From assembly GCA_050230475.1 (NCBI GenBank), contig JBFLGF010000109.1, positions 50,560 to 70,559 of the forward strand: a DNA stretch of 20,000 bases, in the 5' to 3' direction. The DNA is from Ancylonema sp. (lineage: Eukaryota). Positions 1-11,599 of this stretch are shown one piece after another. The translations under genes were made by a program, and so were the position numbers. The stretch's first letter is position 1, and each line of letters opens with the position of its first letter. The notes below the pieces were generated by a model that did no database searches, was not told where the DNA came from, and saw only the letters and a list, made by a program, of their open reading frames with translations.

Positions 1-3000
1 GCCCTCCTGAGCCACACAGACAGGGTGGTACAACAGAGGGCGGTGGAGACTTACATCCGGCGGCTGTATCAGCCTTGTCTGGTGAAAGGGTCGGTGGAGC
101 TTGGGGGGGGGGGGGGGGAGGACCAGTCCCTGATTGCCACCTGGCAGTTCTGGGAGGAGAACCCGCCGCTGGGGATGCTGGGGGAGGGGGGGGGGGGGGG
201 GCTGGCGCGGGGGGGGGGGGGGGGGGGGGGGGGGGCGGGGGGGGGTATGGTGGTGACACGTGGCATGAAGGGAGTGGAGGAGATGGTGGGGAGGGCGGTG
301 GAGGGGTTGCAGAGGAATGGGGCAATGGAGGCGGAGGGGATGGGGGGAGGGGATCTGGATCCGGGAGGGGAACCAGATAGGAGGGCACAGAGTGTGGACC
401 TGGTGGGGGGCGGTTTGGGGGAGGGGGGAGGGGGAGGGGGGGGGGTGGGGACAGGGATGCACCGTGTGCGGAGTTACGTGGGGACGCCAAGTGGCATGGG
501 GAACCTGCTACACGTGGCAGTCATGGGAGAAGAGGACAGGTGGGATGCAGACAAAGCAGCACCACGCCCTTGCCACGTCCTTGCTTGAGTTTGACGCCAG
601 TCAGCTGATGTGGCGCAGGGAGGAGTCGACAAGTGGCAGCGTGGAGAGGCTCCAGGTGGCGGTGCTGGGGGCCCGGAGCACCATGGCACTGAGGCAGGCG
701 GGCGTGACAGCTGTCAGCTGCTTGGTGCCCGGCAAGGATGGCGCGCCACCTGGCCGATACTGCTTTGTGTGGACGCTGGACCAGGGGGCGTACGTGGAGC
801 ACCCCCTGTTGAGACACGTGGAGCCCCCCCTGGCAGACCTGCTGGAACTGGTAGGCAGGGCACGCTGACGTGGCACTCACCGCTGACGTGGCACTCACCG
901 TTGACGTGGCATCCATTGATGACGTGGCACCCACTGCCGACGTGTCGTCTCAGGAGAGACTGGCGTCTTTGGGTCCCATGGAGTACTCCGCCTCCCGTGA
1001 CCGTCAGTGGCACATGTACTCCACTCAGGAGCCGCCACGTGGCACCAGGAGGCTGTTCCTGAGGACCCTGGTGCGGCAGCCCAGGACGGGGACCCCCCTG
1101 GGGGGGGGTGGGGGCGGTATGAGGGGGGCCGTGGAAGTTTCCGTGAAGGCGCTGGAGGGCGTGGGGGCGGCGGTGGGGGATGGGAAGGGGGGGGCGGATT
1201 CTGTGAACGTGTTCCTGGCCATGCTGCAGGGGGTGGAGATGGAGGGGGGGGAGGGGGAAGGGTGAGGAGACGACGGATGATTTGCTTTTCTTGCCTGGTC
1301 TGATTGGTTGGCTGGGCCGTTTGCCTGCTTGCCTGTCTGCTTACAGAATACTGCTTTTGCCTTTTTTTTGTATTTTTTGCCCGTTTTTGCCAGATTTTGC
1401 CTGGTTTCTCACTCTTTGCCTGTCTTGTTTCGACAAATTCAGTTTGCGGCTCTCTTTTGCCTGCCCACCTGCCTTGTTTTGCCTGCATTTCCTCCCTATT
1501 CTGCAGTTTGACCTCCCCCCCCCCCCCCCTTCTCATCCTCACCCAACCCGCTGCGGCCCTCCTTCCCCCCCCCCCCCTCCGTCCCCAGCATTGCTGCCAC
1601 GTCAGAGGCGTCCGAAGTCCGCCAGGTGGTACAATTTTTGGAGTCTTTCGCTCTGAGCGTTGACAGGCGTGTGGGCGCGGAGTTGCACAGATGTGCTGTG
1701 AGCCAATGGGAGATGAGGGTTCGCGTGAAGGGGGGGGGGAGGGGCAGCGGGGCGTGGAGGATCGTGACGGCGAATCCGACGGGAGTGGAGGCGTTGGTGG
1801 AGGTTGGGGGGGGGGGGTTGGGCGTTGATGCCGCGTTCGTAGTTTGGGAAAAATACATGAAATAGAAAGCCAATAGATGATCGTTTGACATCAACAAAAA
1901 AAAAAAAAAAACTCGTTTTTTGGACCTGTTGTTTCATGTTTATTTAGGGCGAGTTGGAGAGAATACATCTCTGGTTAATGATTTTCCGGGGGGGGATGGG
2001 TGTGGGTGACACGCAGCTGTATCGGGAAGCCACAGATTCTCGTAGCGGTACAGCTGTCTACTTCTCGCCGTCATCTCCTCCAACCGGAAGCCTCCACCTG
2101 TCCCCCCTTGGTGGACCCTACCCTTGCCTCGGGGGACTGGAGAAGAGGCGGCTGATTGCACGGAAAAACAATACCACCTTCTGTCTGGACTTCCCCATGG
2201 TGAGGGACGGGAGACTATGGGAGTAGTTACATTACGAAGGGATCCAAAACTATAGTTTGCAATTGTACGTTTGGACAATTACGGTTTGTATCGTGACGGT
2301 CTGTTGTATTATTTTTTGTCCTGACTCTTTTTTTTTTTCTTTTTTTTTGGGGGCTTCTTTCAGGTTTTCAAAGCGGCTCTGACGCAAGCCTGGGATGCCG
2401 CCACGTCAGCAGACCCGAGCGTACGGATACCCGACGCCCCCCTCCTCTCCTACAACCACCTCCTCTTCTCCGACCCCTCAGGATCATGGGACACTCCCCT
2501 CGTAGAGTCCGGAAGTTTCCTGGAAGCTTCCACCACGGTCGGCATGGTCGCGTGGCGCATGCACCTGCTCTCCCCCGAGTGTCCAGCTGGCAGGACCTTA
2601 CTGGTCCTCGCGAACGACGTCACCCACGGCGCGGGCGCCTTTGGGCCGAAAGAGGACGCATTCTTCAAAGCGGTTGCTGACGTGGCGTGCCGTGAGGGGG
2701 TGCCCCTCATCTACCTGGCCGCAAATTCCGGAGCTCGCATCGGATTGGCCGAGGAGGTGAGGAGGGAGTTCAAGGTGGAGTGGGTAGACGACAAAAACCC
2801 CACCAAGGGCTTCCATAACCTCTACCTTACCCCGGAGGCTGAGGGGAGGATAGGGGGGTCGGTTCGGAGCGAAGAGAGGGGGGGGCGCCACGTCATCACG
2901 GATATCGTGGGGGTGGAGGACGGGATCGGGGTGGAGAATCTTTCGGGTTCGGGGGCGATCGCAGGCGCGTTCGCCAAGGCGTATCGCGAGACTTTCACGT

Positions 3001-4923
3001 TGACTTTTGTGACGGGGAGGAGTGTGGGGATCGGTGCGTACCTGGCCCGTCTGGGGGTGAGGTGCATCCAGAAGGTGGACCAGCCGATCATATTGACGGG
3101 CTACTCTGCCCTCAATAAGCTGCTGGGGAGAGAGGTGTACAGCTCGCATATGCAGCTGGGGGGGCCCAAAATCATGGCCGCCAATGGGGTGGTTCATTCT
3201 ACGGTCGCTACTGATTTGGAGGGGGTGGCGGCGATCCTCAGGTGGCTGGCCTTTGTGCCAGCTGTCGCCGGGGGGGCGCTCCCAATCGCCACGTCCCTGG
3301 ATCCGACGGACAGGGCGGTGGGGTATGTACCGGAGACGGCCTGCGATCCTAGGGCGGCGATCCAGGGGGTGGAGGTTGCGAATCCGGAAAGCGTATCTCC
3401 CAAAATCAGCAGCAGCAGCAGCAGCAGCAGCAACAGTACGAGTTCGCTGGGGAGTGGGGAGGAGTGGGGGGGGCAGGAGGGGGTGCCACCTGTCAACGGG
3501 CAGAGGGAGGGGGTGGGGGTGGGGTGGAAGGGGGGGATTTTCGACAGGGGCAGTTTTGTGGAGACGCTGGAAGGTTGGGCGCCGACGGTGGTGGTTGGGA
3601 GGGCGCGGTTGGGGGGCATCCCGATGGGGGTGGTGGCCGTAGAAACGCAGACCTGTTTGCAGCACGTGCCGGCGGACCCAGGGCAGCCGGAGACGCAGGA
3701 GAGGATTGTGCCGCAGGCGGGACAGGTGTGGTTTCCGGATTCGGCGGCGAAAACGGCGCAGGCGTTTGAGGACTTCGATCGGGAGGGCCTGCCGCTGTTT
3801 GTGGTGGCGAACTGGAGGGGGTTCTCTGGGGGGCAGAGGGATCTTTTTGAGGGGGTGCTGCAGGCAGGGTCGTGTATTGTGGAGCACTTGAGGACGTACA
3901 AGCAGCCGGTTTTCGTGTACATACCGCTGTTGGGGGAGTTGAGGGGGGGCGCGTGGGTGGTTGTGGATAGCAAGATTAACCCGGAGATGGTGGAAATGTA
4001 CGCGGCGGAGAACGCGAGGGGGGCGGTGCTGGAGCCGGAGGGGATGGTGGAGATCAAGTTTAGGCACAAGGACCTGGTGGAGTGCATGCATCGACTGGAT
4101 CCGCAGCTGGGCCAGCTGGCGCTTGTATTGAGAGGCTGTGCGGAGGGAGATGGGACAATTGAGGGGTTGAGGAAACGGGTTAAGGAGAGGGAAGGGGAGC
4201 TGCTCCCGGTATACATGCAGATCGCGATCCGCTTCGCTGAACTGCATGACACGCCTCAGAGAATGGCAGCCAAGGGGGTGATCAGGCAGATTGTGCCGTG
4301 GGCAGAGTCTAGAGCCATTTTCTATCGTAGGTTAACGTTCCGACTCGCAGAAGAGGATCTAGTCAAGTATATACGGCAGACCGCACAAGGCGTGAGTCGT
4401 CCGGAAGCCATTTCGCTGGTCAGAAGTTGGAGTGCAGAGGTAGATGGTCCACTGGTCAATGGTGCACAGGAAATGTCAAGGTCGGGTAGTGGAGGTAGCA
4501 AGGAAACAAGTTCTGTGCTATTGAAGGCTTGGTCCTGGCATCGACATCTTCCCTGGCCAGAATCGATAAGTGACATGGACGAAGTGAACAGTATCAATCT
4601 GAAGATAGAAGGCTGGCTGTCAGAAGTGCAAGCTAAATCAGTTTCGACACAGGTTTTGGCGCTGCTAGGGAGACCAGGGGGCTTGAGAGGGATTCAAGAA
4701 GGACTTGAAGAGCTTCTATGGACGGTAAGTGCGCATGCACAACGGTATATGCTCATAATCTGTCCTTGGACGTTGCAACGATTTGTTACACGCTTGCAAA
4801 ATTAGGCACCATGACTATAAGTGCTTATGCAAACTCGTTTTCTCTGTTTCCTGGCAGGCGACATTGGCAGATCGTGAAGATCTTGCTCGAAAGTTAAAGT
4901 CGACCGTAGATAAATTTTTGTAG
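1..4923 (+). CDS. ACC1: Homomeric (eukaryotic-type) acetyl-CoA carboxylase, 3' portion, 5'-partial. Exons <1-539, 619-850, 954-1261, 1589-1802, 2017-2199, 2364-4724, 4858-4923 (TAG).
   Basis: Plant ACC1 motifs in order: QRAVETYIRRLY, HPLLRHVEPPL, SRDRQWHMY, GAWRIVTANPTG, RRLIARKNNTTFCLDFP, GMVAW, ANDVT..GAFGPKED, AANSGARIGLAEE, GVENLSGSG, QPIILTG..ALNKLLGREVY, QAGQVWFPDSA, ANWRGFSGGQRDL, ELRGGAWVVVD, LEPEG.VEIK, FAELHDT. All six introns (540-618, 851-953, 1262-1588, 1803-2016, 2200-2363, 4725-4857) are GT..AG and join the frames in phase, so no frameshift is needed. Confidence 0.96.
864..946 (+). repeat. Intronic 18-bp minisatellite, ~4.6 copies of GCTGACGTGGCACTCACC
   Basis: Units start at 864, 882, 900, 918 and 936, filling most of the 103-bp intron 851-953. 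Confidence 0.92.
2364..4724 (+). CDS. ACC1: Large ACC exon encoding the carboxyltransferase domain
   Basis: ORF 2544..4805 extends upstream in frame to the acceptor ttcttTCAG|GTTTTC (2363/2364) and leaves at the donor ACG|GTAAGT (4724/4725). The last exon ATLADREDLARKLKSTVDKFL* follows cctggCAG at 4857. Confidence 0.95.
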
Positions 4924-5299
4924 GAGTACGATCTGGGGGTTTGTGAGCTACGGCTCCTTCATTTTCAATTCATTCAATGTCATTTTTTTTAGGAAACCCA
5001 AGTTACGTCGAAACAGAGCAATTTGTGGCATGCAGATACACACTCTTAGACATGGAGCTAGCTGTTTCCATTACATATTGAGCCAAACAGGACATTAACT
5101 ATTTTATTGGATGAGTAAGGCTGATATGTGTGCATCTCAAATGTCCAACTGTCTGGTCAGCTCCACGTACTGGTGCCCAAGGTTGTACTGCAGCTGCCCA
5201 ACTTCAAAAATAATAACAACTACCATACGGTCACCAACTTCAAAAAATGATAAAATGTGATCAATACTTTTTAAAAATATTCCTGAATATCTGCAGCCA

Positions 5300-8150
5300 T
5301 GTAGAGGGGGGGGGGGTATCTCGCCGAAATGGCATCTGGTATGAGGGGAATCGTAATACCTACTACTGGAGTTCTTGAATCAGAATGGATTACCACTAAT
5401 GACTATTGCCGCACCCTCTAGTCCGAGCTGCTATAGAATTACTGTGTCTAAGATCAAGGGTGGTGCCTGGAGTAGTTTGTCAATCGATATGTATCTTCCA
5501 TCTGTATCTTACCCTCATGTCTCACTCACTCCGAACTTCCAAACGATGCTCAAGGTGATTAAGAAAACATATAACTGCATACCTTGTCATCAATGCTCCA
5601 CATAGCAAGTATCTGAATGTATGAAATCCTTCGCACATATGGCACCTGGTCAGATGGAGGACACTGGTCTGATGGATGATCACAAAGCTTCATCTAAAAG
5701 GGGATCGACTTCATCGTCATCTGAAGTAGACTCGAATATTTCGTTGATAGATTTCCGCAGAATGCTCAGTGACTTTTCCTGCAGCATGCACACAGAATGA
5801 TTCAGTTACCTTCCCCAAAGGACTAACAATAAAAATAACTCAAGTCACGTGAATGGTCGAGCATAAGGTGCATCCCTAAAATAGCGGTGTATTTCTCATG
5901 TAGCATCTCTTGCAAACAGGATATTCTTCGAACGTATGATGTAGTGTGCACCTGTTTCTTCTTCTTCTTGACGACGGCCTCAGTCTCCGTGATGATCGAC
6001 GTGCATCGATCCTCCATTTTCTCACAAGCTGATTTCGATTTCTTCTCTGCAGTACAAATGACGACGTTAGTAGTACAAATGATGACATCAGTTGCAGTCG
6101 ATACCATAATTTTACGCCACGATACCATGGTAATAGTTACATTGTGCGATTTCTTTTATAGAACTACATCACAGACTAGGGTTGACGAATGACTCCGCAA
6201 CGGTTGGATCTCGAAGCTTACTCTGATGCTCAAGCTTTGATCTATGAACTTCCATCTGCTTCTCAAACTTCGTCACAAGATCTGTGCGGACATAACACGA
6301 AGCGGAAAAAGTGCATTAGCATGGTTTAGTCCAGTTCATACTTCAGAGTCTATGCTCAAAGAAACAATAGTATATTTTCCAAGCTCACTTCTGAAGACGC
6401 TGCTCAGCAGCCCGACATCCAGGCAAAGTGTTTCATTCTGATGGTACCTTCATAATGCACTCTCATAGAAAGGGCCTACCTTCGTAATTTTGTCGGTATG
6501 TCTCCCGTTCCTTGCAAAATTTATCGTAGACCGCCTGTAAAGTAGCTTCGGTCAAGTCCACCGTCTTTGGATAGCAATTCCACTGGAGATCATGTCGGAT
6601 GAGGTTACCTTAAACTCAGAAGCCTCATGTTTCATAGAAGCTTCTGCGTCCTTGCACGTCTTCAGAATCGCTTTACTCATTGCTTGCCTGCGACACGTGC
6701 CCAAAGTCTCGGGGACGAAGGAGTTTAGGCGTCCGACATACGTGTACGATTAAAGATGGAACTGGACATACAATAAGGAATGGACATCATCCAATGTAAA
6801 GGTAAACTTGTTGAAACACTGCGGAATATGCTGCGTCAAGAGAATTTAGGAGGCGTATCGACTAGGATTCAATCGATATCATCGATGGACAGGTGCAAAA
6901 AATCAACCGTTTTGTGGATTCGATATCCACGTCCCTGAGTTTAGCAATTATGAGTTTATTCAGAGAATTCACGAAGGCTTACATGTCTTTGTCGTTCTGC
7001 AATTTCTCGCCATCCACAAGAGACTTGATCTGCTCGAGAGCCCTGCAAGAGCCCCTTGGATCTAGGTCTCATCCGGATCAATGTCTCACCTGTAAATACA
7101 TCCGGACACCCTTCTGGACATGCAACTGAGAGCTCTGAAAAGTGAATCATAAAATTTGTGCGCTGACTCGTCTCTCATTCGTGTCGAACATGAGATTGTC
7201 GACAAAAGCTTTGCTCCTCACCTTTGTATGACTGTTTCGTTCTTCACTTTGACGTCCGAAGCTGCCTTCTCCTTGTACTGGTTCATGGCTTTCAGGATCG
7301 TCGACAGCTCACTATCATGCACAGAAGGAATTACAACATATTCTCAGCTGAATTGTCTCGATAATTTTGAACTCTGTATATCACATCTGACATGTTAGTC
7401 TGGATGTGTGAAGGACCTACTTCGCGAAACCTTTATCTGGCGTGTTGCCATCTGCAGCTTCAGCCACAAGTGTTTCGGCCTTGGGAATACCGTCACAGTC
7501 GTTCTGTTTTGCCTGAGCGATTTCGGAAGCCCGGACCCTCTTGCTTCCAGCGGAGACCATGGCTGTATCCCAGTATGCAAACGGGAAATACTGGGAATGT
7601 TTGAGAACGACAGAAATATTAGCGACTATAAAAATCACAACGCCCACGACGCTCAACAGTATCACCGCGACATGTAACCGGTTGTCACTCGCTGCTTGCT
7701 GCGAATCTTGGTCCTTCACAGTGTCCTCTTCAATGTTTTCTCTCAATGTTCAAATGAAGACCTGGTAATCTACTTACAAGTAAAATTCAAAATTTTGAGA
7801 ACACGCGGCATATCTGCACGATGCCTAGGCACGTGTGGTGATTCCGAATATTATACCACGAATAGCTGACGACGACGAAGGTCCTTCCTGGATAAATATT
7901 TTGATGTTTGTAGCGCCGATAACGTTGCTTGTACACACATCACGGGCGGCTCATGTCGCGCGCACGTGCATCTCACGTACAGCAACAATTACGTGTTTCC
8001 CAGAGGACGAGGTATGGGCGACTGTCCAAATCGACCATAAATAAATTACTCCGCGTTCGCACGAGAGATATATACACATGGTCATTTCCTGATCTATTTA
8101 CAACGATATTATTGCCGACGTCTTCACCTTGCTGCAGAGAAAAAGGGGGC
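5300..8150 (-). pseudogene. Heavily decayed, possibly spliced protein-coding relic of unknown family
   Basis: Minus-strand translation gives protein-like stretches broken by stops and frameshifts (HDSELSTILKAMNQYKEKAA, LEQIKSLVDGEKLQNDKD, LQAVYDKFCKERETY, EKSLSILRKSINEIFESTSDDDE). Acceptor-like tgcag sites occur near 8132, 6046 (with upstream ctaac) and 5779. No domain was recognised and the boundaries are approximate. Confidence 0.45.
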
Positions 8151-8302
8151 AGGTTCCAAAATGTTACAAATATTTGTTTATGGTGGATTCAACTTCCCGA
8201 CATGCTTTCTCGCGCCGAGCCGCGCTACAATTATTGTGCGTGCATAATTTGGGTGAAATGGTTTGTCACTCAAGTGTAATTGTAAATTGGGCGTGGCAAA
8301 AC

Positions 8303-8356
8303 GGGGCGAGGCAAGGACTGGTGAAGCGAGGCGAGGCGAGGCGAGGCGAGGGCGAA
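8303..8356 (+). repeat. (GGCGA)n pentamer microsatellite
   Basis: gcgaggcgaggcgaggcgaggcgagggcgaag with degenerate copies upstream. Confidence 0.85.
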
Positions 8357-8994
8357 GCCGAATAGGTGAGTCACCGAAACATGAGTTTCGGACATGGTCG
8401 GCGCGTAGCCGTATAGTTTCAGAATTGTCGTTCGTTCTCGTAATGCTTAGGGTCATCCCGTCCCCTTTCGTCGATTTTCGACATGATTTTGTTGTCCCGT
8501 GTCGTTCCCTTCATTATTAATTATTCTCATCATTGAGCTATAATAAATACGATGTACAAAGTAATGTCGATAGCATGACGTTTCGATGAAAAATTGTAGT
8601 GACATGTCGACGTTAGATACACGTGATGTGTTGGATGACTAACTTTACGTATCGACTAGTCATTTGCCTTTGACATTTGACTTTATCGGTAGTTCACACA
8701 CAACTCACGTTACGTAGGAACTCGTTGTCGAACATTTTATGTATGTAAATGATGCACTCTCATTTATGCGGTCAAAATATGATGTTGTGGGAACATGTTA
8801 TCGTTTGAGTTGCAATTGTCTAGTTAGCAAAGAACCTGAACCACACGCGGCAACTTGCTTTCGTTATCGGCTCGGTGCTCGCGGTATGATGGAGCAATTC
8901 ATAAATATCTATCATATTTCACGAATTTATTCAATAAAGTTTATCGACAACGGAATATGTACCAACGGGGTTGCAAAAGGCATAGTTGCACCGC

Positions 8995-9175
8995 GACGAG
9001 GGCGGTTATCCGGACGGCACGTTTGTAGTACGGGGCCGCTGCAATCTGCCGTCCCTTCCAAATGCAAACGTCGTACGAATTTTCTCGCAAACGTCCACAA
9101 TACGTCCGTGAAATGCGGTAAACGTTTACGGATTGTACGGATGCAAACGTTTGCAATCGCAAACGTTTGCGTGTA
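8995..9175 (+). repeat. Direct repeat copy 1 (~180 bp), ending in a nested palindrome; probable transposon terminus
   Basis: Aligns with 9503-9685. Ends GCAAACGTTTGCaATCGCAAACGTTTGC (9143-9170), then GTGTAG and a T-run. Confidence 0.85.
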
Positions 9176-9502
9176 GTTTTTTAGTCAATTTGAGACTTGA
9201 GAAGAAGTCTGAATAAGACATAATGACAAGATACAAACGAACGAACGTGAGGTGACACTAGGAGCAATTGGAGGAGGAGGATGTCATGTTGGCACATATC
9301 GTTAGGAAGAAATCATGTTTTTAGCATGTTTTCTAACTTTGTCGATTTTCGTTTAAAAAAACGACAAGTATTGTTATGAGAGATTTGCAAACAGTTGACG
9401 TGAGATCTGAACATTTTGTTACATCAATAAAAGTTTGTGTAGCAACTTTCGGAAGTTAATTCCACGTATGCTAGCCTGTCGATCAAAGCATTCATGCACC
9501 TA

Positions 9503-9685
9503 GACGGGGCCCGTATTCCGTGCGACATATTTTCCGCACGGGGCCGAGAGCAATCCGCCGTCCCTTAAAAAAAATAAAAGTCGTACGGATTTGCTCGCAA
9601 ACGTCAGGAATACGTCCGTGAAATGCGGTAAACGTGTACGGATTGTACGGATGCAAACGTTTGCGATCGCAAACGTTTGCGTGTA
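9503..9685 (+). repeat. Direct repeat copy 2 (~180 bp), ending in a perfect 28-bp palindrome
   Basis: Shares aatacgtccgtgaaatgcggtaaacgt.tacggattgtacggat with copy 1 at offset 510. Palindrome GCAAACGTTTGCGATCGCAAACGTTTGC at 9653-9680, then GTGTAC and a T-run. Confidence 0.85.
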
Positions 9686-10273
9686 CCTTTTTTTTTAACT
9701 TTTAAAAAGTTTCACAAAATATTTGGTTACGTTTTAATGGTGAACGTCATGAACCAATGATGACGAGTGTTACAAACTTTCGTGCTTCAGATACCGGAAG
9801 TGTACTACGGTATAACCTGTCTAAAGGGGTATGTTGGGATGTATAAAAAAATCGTGTACTTCGTTTGCGATGCACAATTCGGAAAAAAATAACTTCTTTG
9901 CATCACAAATATTTTTCTTGCCTACCAAAAACAAATGTCCGTATTGTTCATTGTTCCAACCGTCCATTGCTTTTACTCCATGTCCAACCGAATGTGCGTG
10001 TCCGGTGTTGCTTTGTAACAACCCTAATACCTCTCCAACTCTCCTCGTAAAGTTTTGTGGTATATTTTGTCCATCCGCATGTATTGGTATCATGACGCAT
10101 TTGTATAGCTCGTATATCAACACACACGCTGACTTGGATAATTATGCCGAGGCAACTTACTAAAGGAAACACATAATAAACACATTTGCTAATTCACTTT
10201 GCTTCATTCGCAAAGTCCCTCGATACACGGACATAGATTTCAAATTATAGTCGTAAAGGTCGTTATATAACAA

Positions 10274-10866
10274 TGTCATGACGCTGGAGATCGCTAAGGC
10301 AGAAACCCCTCTATATTGATCAAAAACCCTCCTTGATTAATACTCCTTTATAACGAGAGTATTCGATATAACGATTTATAGAATTAGTACTTTACAAGAA
10401 AAATAGTGAAGTACGATTTTTGTACGACTTGAAAATAACGCGTGGCGTATTTTCCAAAGTCTAGATTCCAACAGTTTCAACAAATAGCTTCGTGTCGATT
10501 TTTGTAAAATCACAAGTCACTTTCGAACTTGTCGATAATCTCGGCCATAAAATCCAGCCGTAGAACTAGAGTAATATCTTGCGCCGTTTCATCGTAGCGT
10601 CGAGATTAAATTGAAAGTTCTAGAAGCCAGCCTGTCGTAATCTTCGATAGAGTAACTCTAGTAACTCTGCCGGTTAGCACCACGCAACAACTTTTGTTTA
10701 AAATACAATTTGTACTTTCAGATCTGCCAGCTTCCGCTGTCAGATTGCGTTGTTAAGAAACCCCTCAACAATCTCTGTATAATCTGAATTCCTTGCAATT
10801 CTGTGTGTTTGCATCCCTTCGCTTACGCGACTTCGCAATGTGCGTGTTTTCGGTCTCAGCCTGACA
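10274..10866 (+). mobile_element. Putative 5' LTR (593 bp) of an LTR retrotransposon
   Basis: Terminal inverted repeat TGTCATG...CCTGACA, lying upstream of gag-protease on the same strand. Its first ~47 bp resemble the LTR-like start at 12842. Confidence 0.6.
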
Positions 10867-10946
10867 TCCATCAGCGAGACTGTAAGTTCTGCAAATTATC
10901 ATTTGCAACTTGTGTGTATGTGTGTTTGATTCATCTGAATTTGTTG

Positions 10947-11210
10947 CTGACGCTCTTTCTCAGCCAGCCGTGTAATCGATTGTAATTTCTTGCATCGATT
11001 CGTTGACGCTCTCTCTGAGCCAGCAAGCGTGTGTGTGTGTGTGAATTCTGTCGATTTGTTGGCGTTCGCTCCGGCGCTCTGGCGCTCCGGCGCTCTGGCG
11101 CTCTCGCGTTCGCTCGCACTTTCATTGTTGTATTATCGTGTCTGCTCTTGCTCACACCGAGCCAGCAATTGTTGTTTACACACGTCTGCTGACGCTCTTT
11201 CTGAGCCAGC
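10947..11210 (+). repeat. Retrotransposon leader repeats: three 22-mers YTGACGCTCTYTCTSAGCCAGC and a (GGCGCTCY) 8-mer array
   Basis: 22-mers at 10947, 11003 and 11189; 8-mer array at about 11073-11104. Confidence 0.8.
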
Positions 11211-11599
11211 ATCTTTTATCGACGCGCCGTCGACACTTTTACTTTTGCACCGAAAGTAACTCTTACGATTGTTGACCTTGATAGTCTGCACCAGACTATC
11301 TTGTTTGTGTTACAGTAAATTTATACGACTTTAGTGTTGTAGTACATCTGTTAGCTTGCCCTCAACGTTAAGTAGTGAATTTCACCAGACCGCTGAGACG
11401 TGTGATATATGTAATATTGATATCTCAGCAGAGACTCAATCTGCAATACTACTTCAATCCGACAGCGGAAGACCTTGATTTTTTGAAAATAAAAGTTTGT
11501 AACAAACATTGTGATCATAAAAAAAATTACACCTTTATATTTTCTGACTACTACTTCATTGACGATATCCACTTCTCATCTACCAACTCAATGATAGAA

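Noticed and set aside
25..2226. Apparent frameshifts between ACC ORF fragments suggesting a pseudogene
   Set aside because: Every frame change is resolved by a phase-correct GT-AG intron.
2598..4252. Long antisense ORFs (549 aa and 352 aa)
   Set aside because: Shadows of the GC-rich ACC exon; low-complexity translations with no motifs.
4725..4805. C-terminal extension VSAHAQRY... of the 753-aa ORF
   Set aside because: Read-through into an intron with a strong GTAAGT donor; the ACC-like C-terminus is in exon 4858-4923.
9821..10172. Cys-rich or overlapping 60-110 aa ORFs
   Set aside because: No recognisable domain or consistent metal-binding spacing; cannot be supported as genes.
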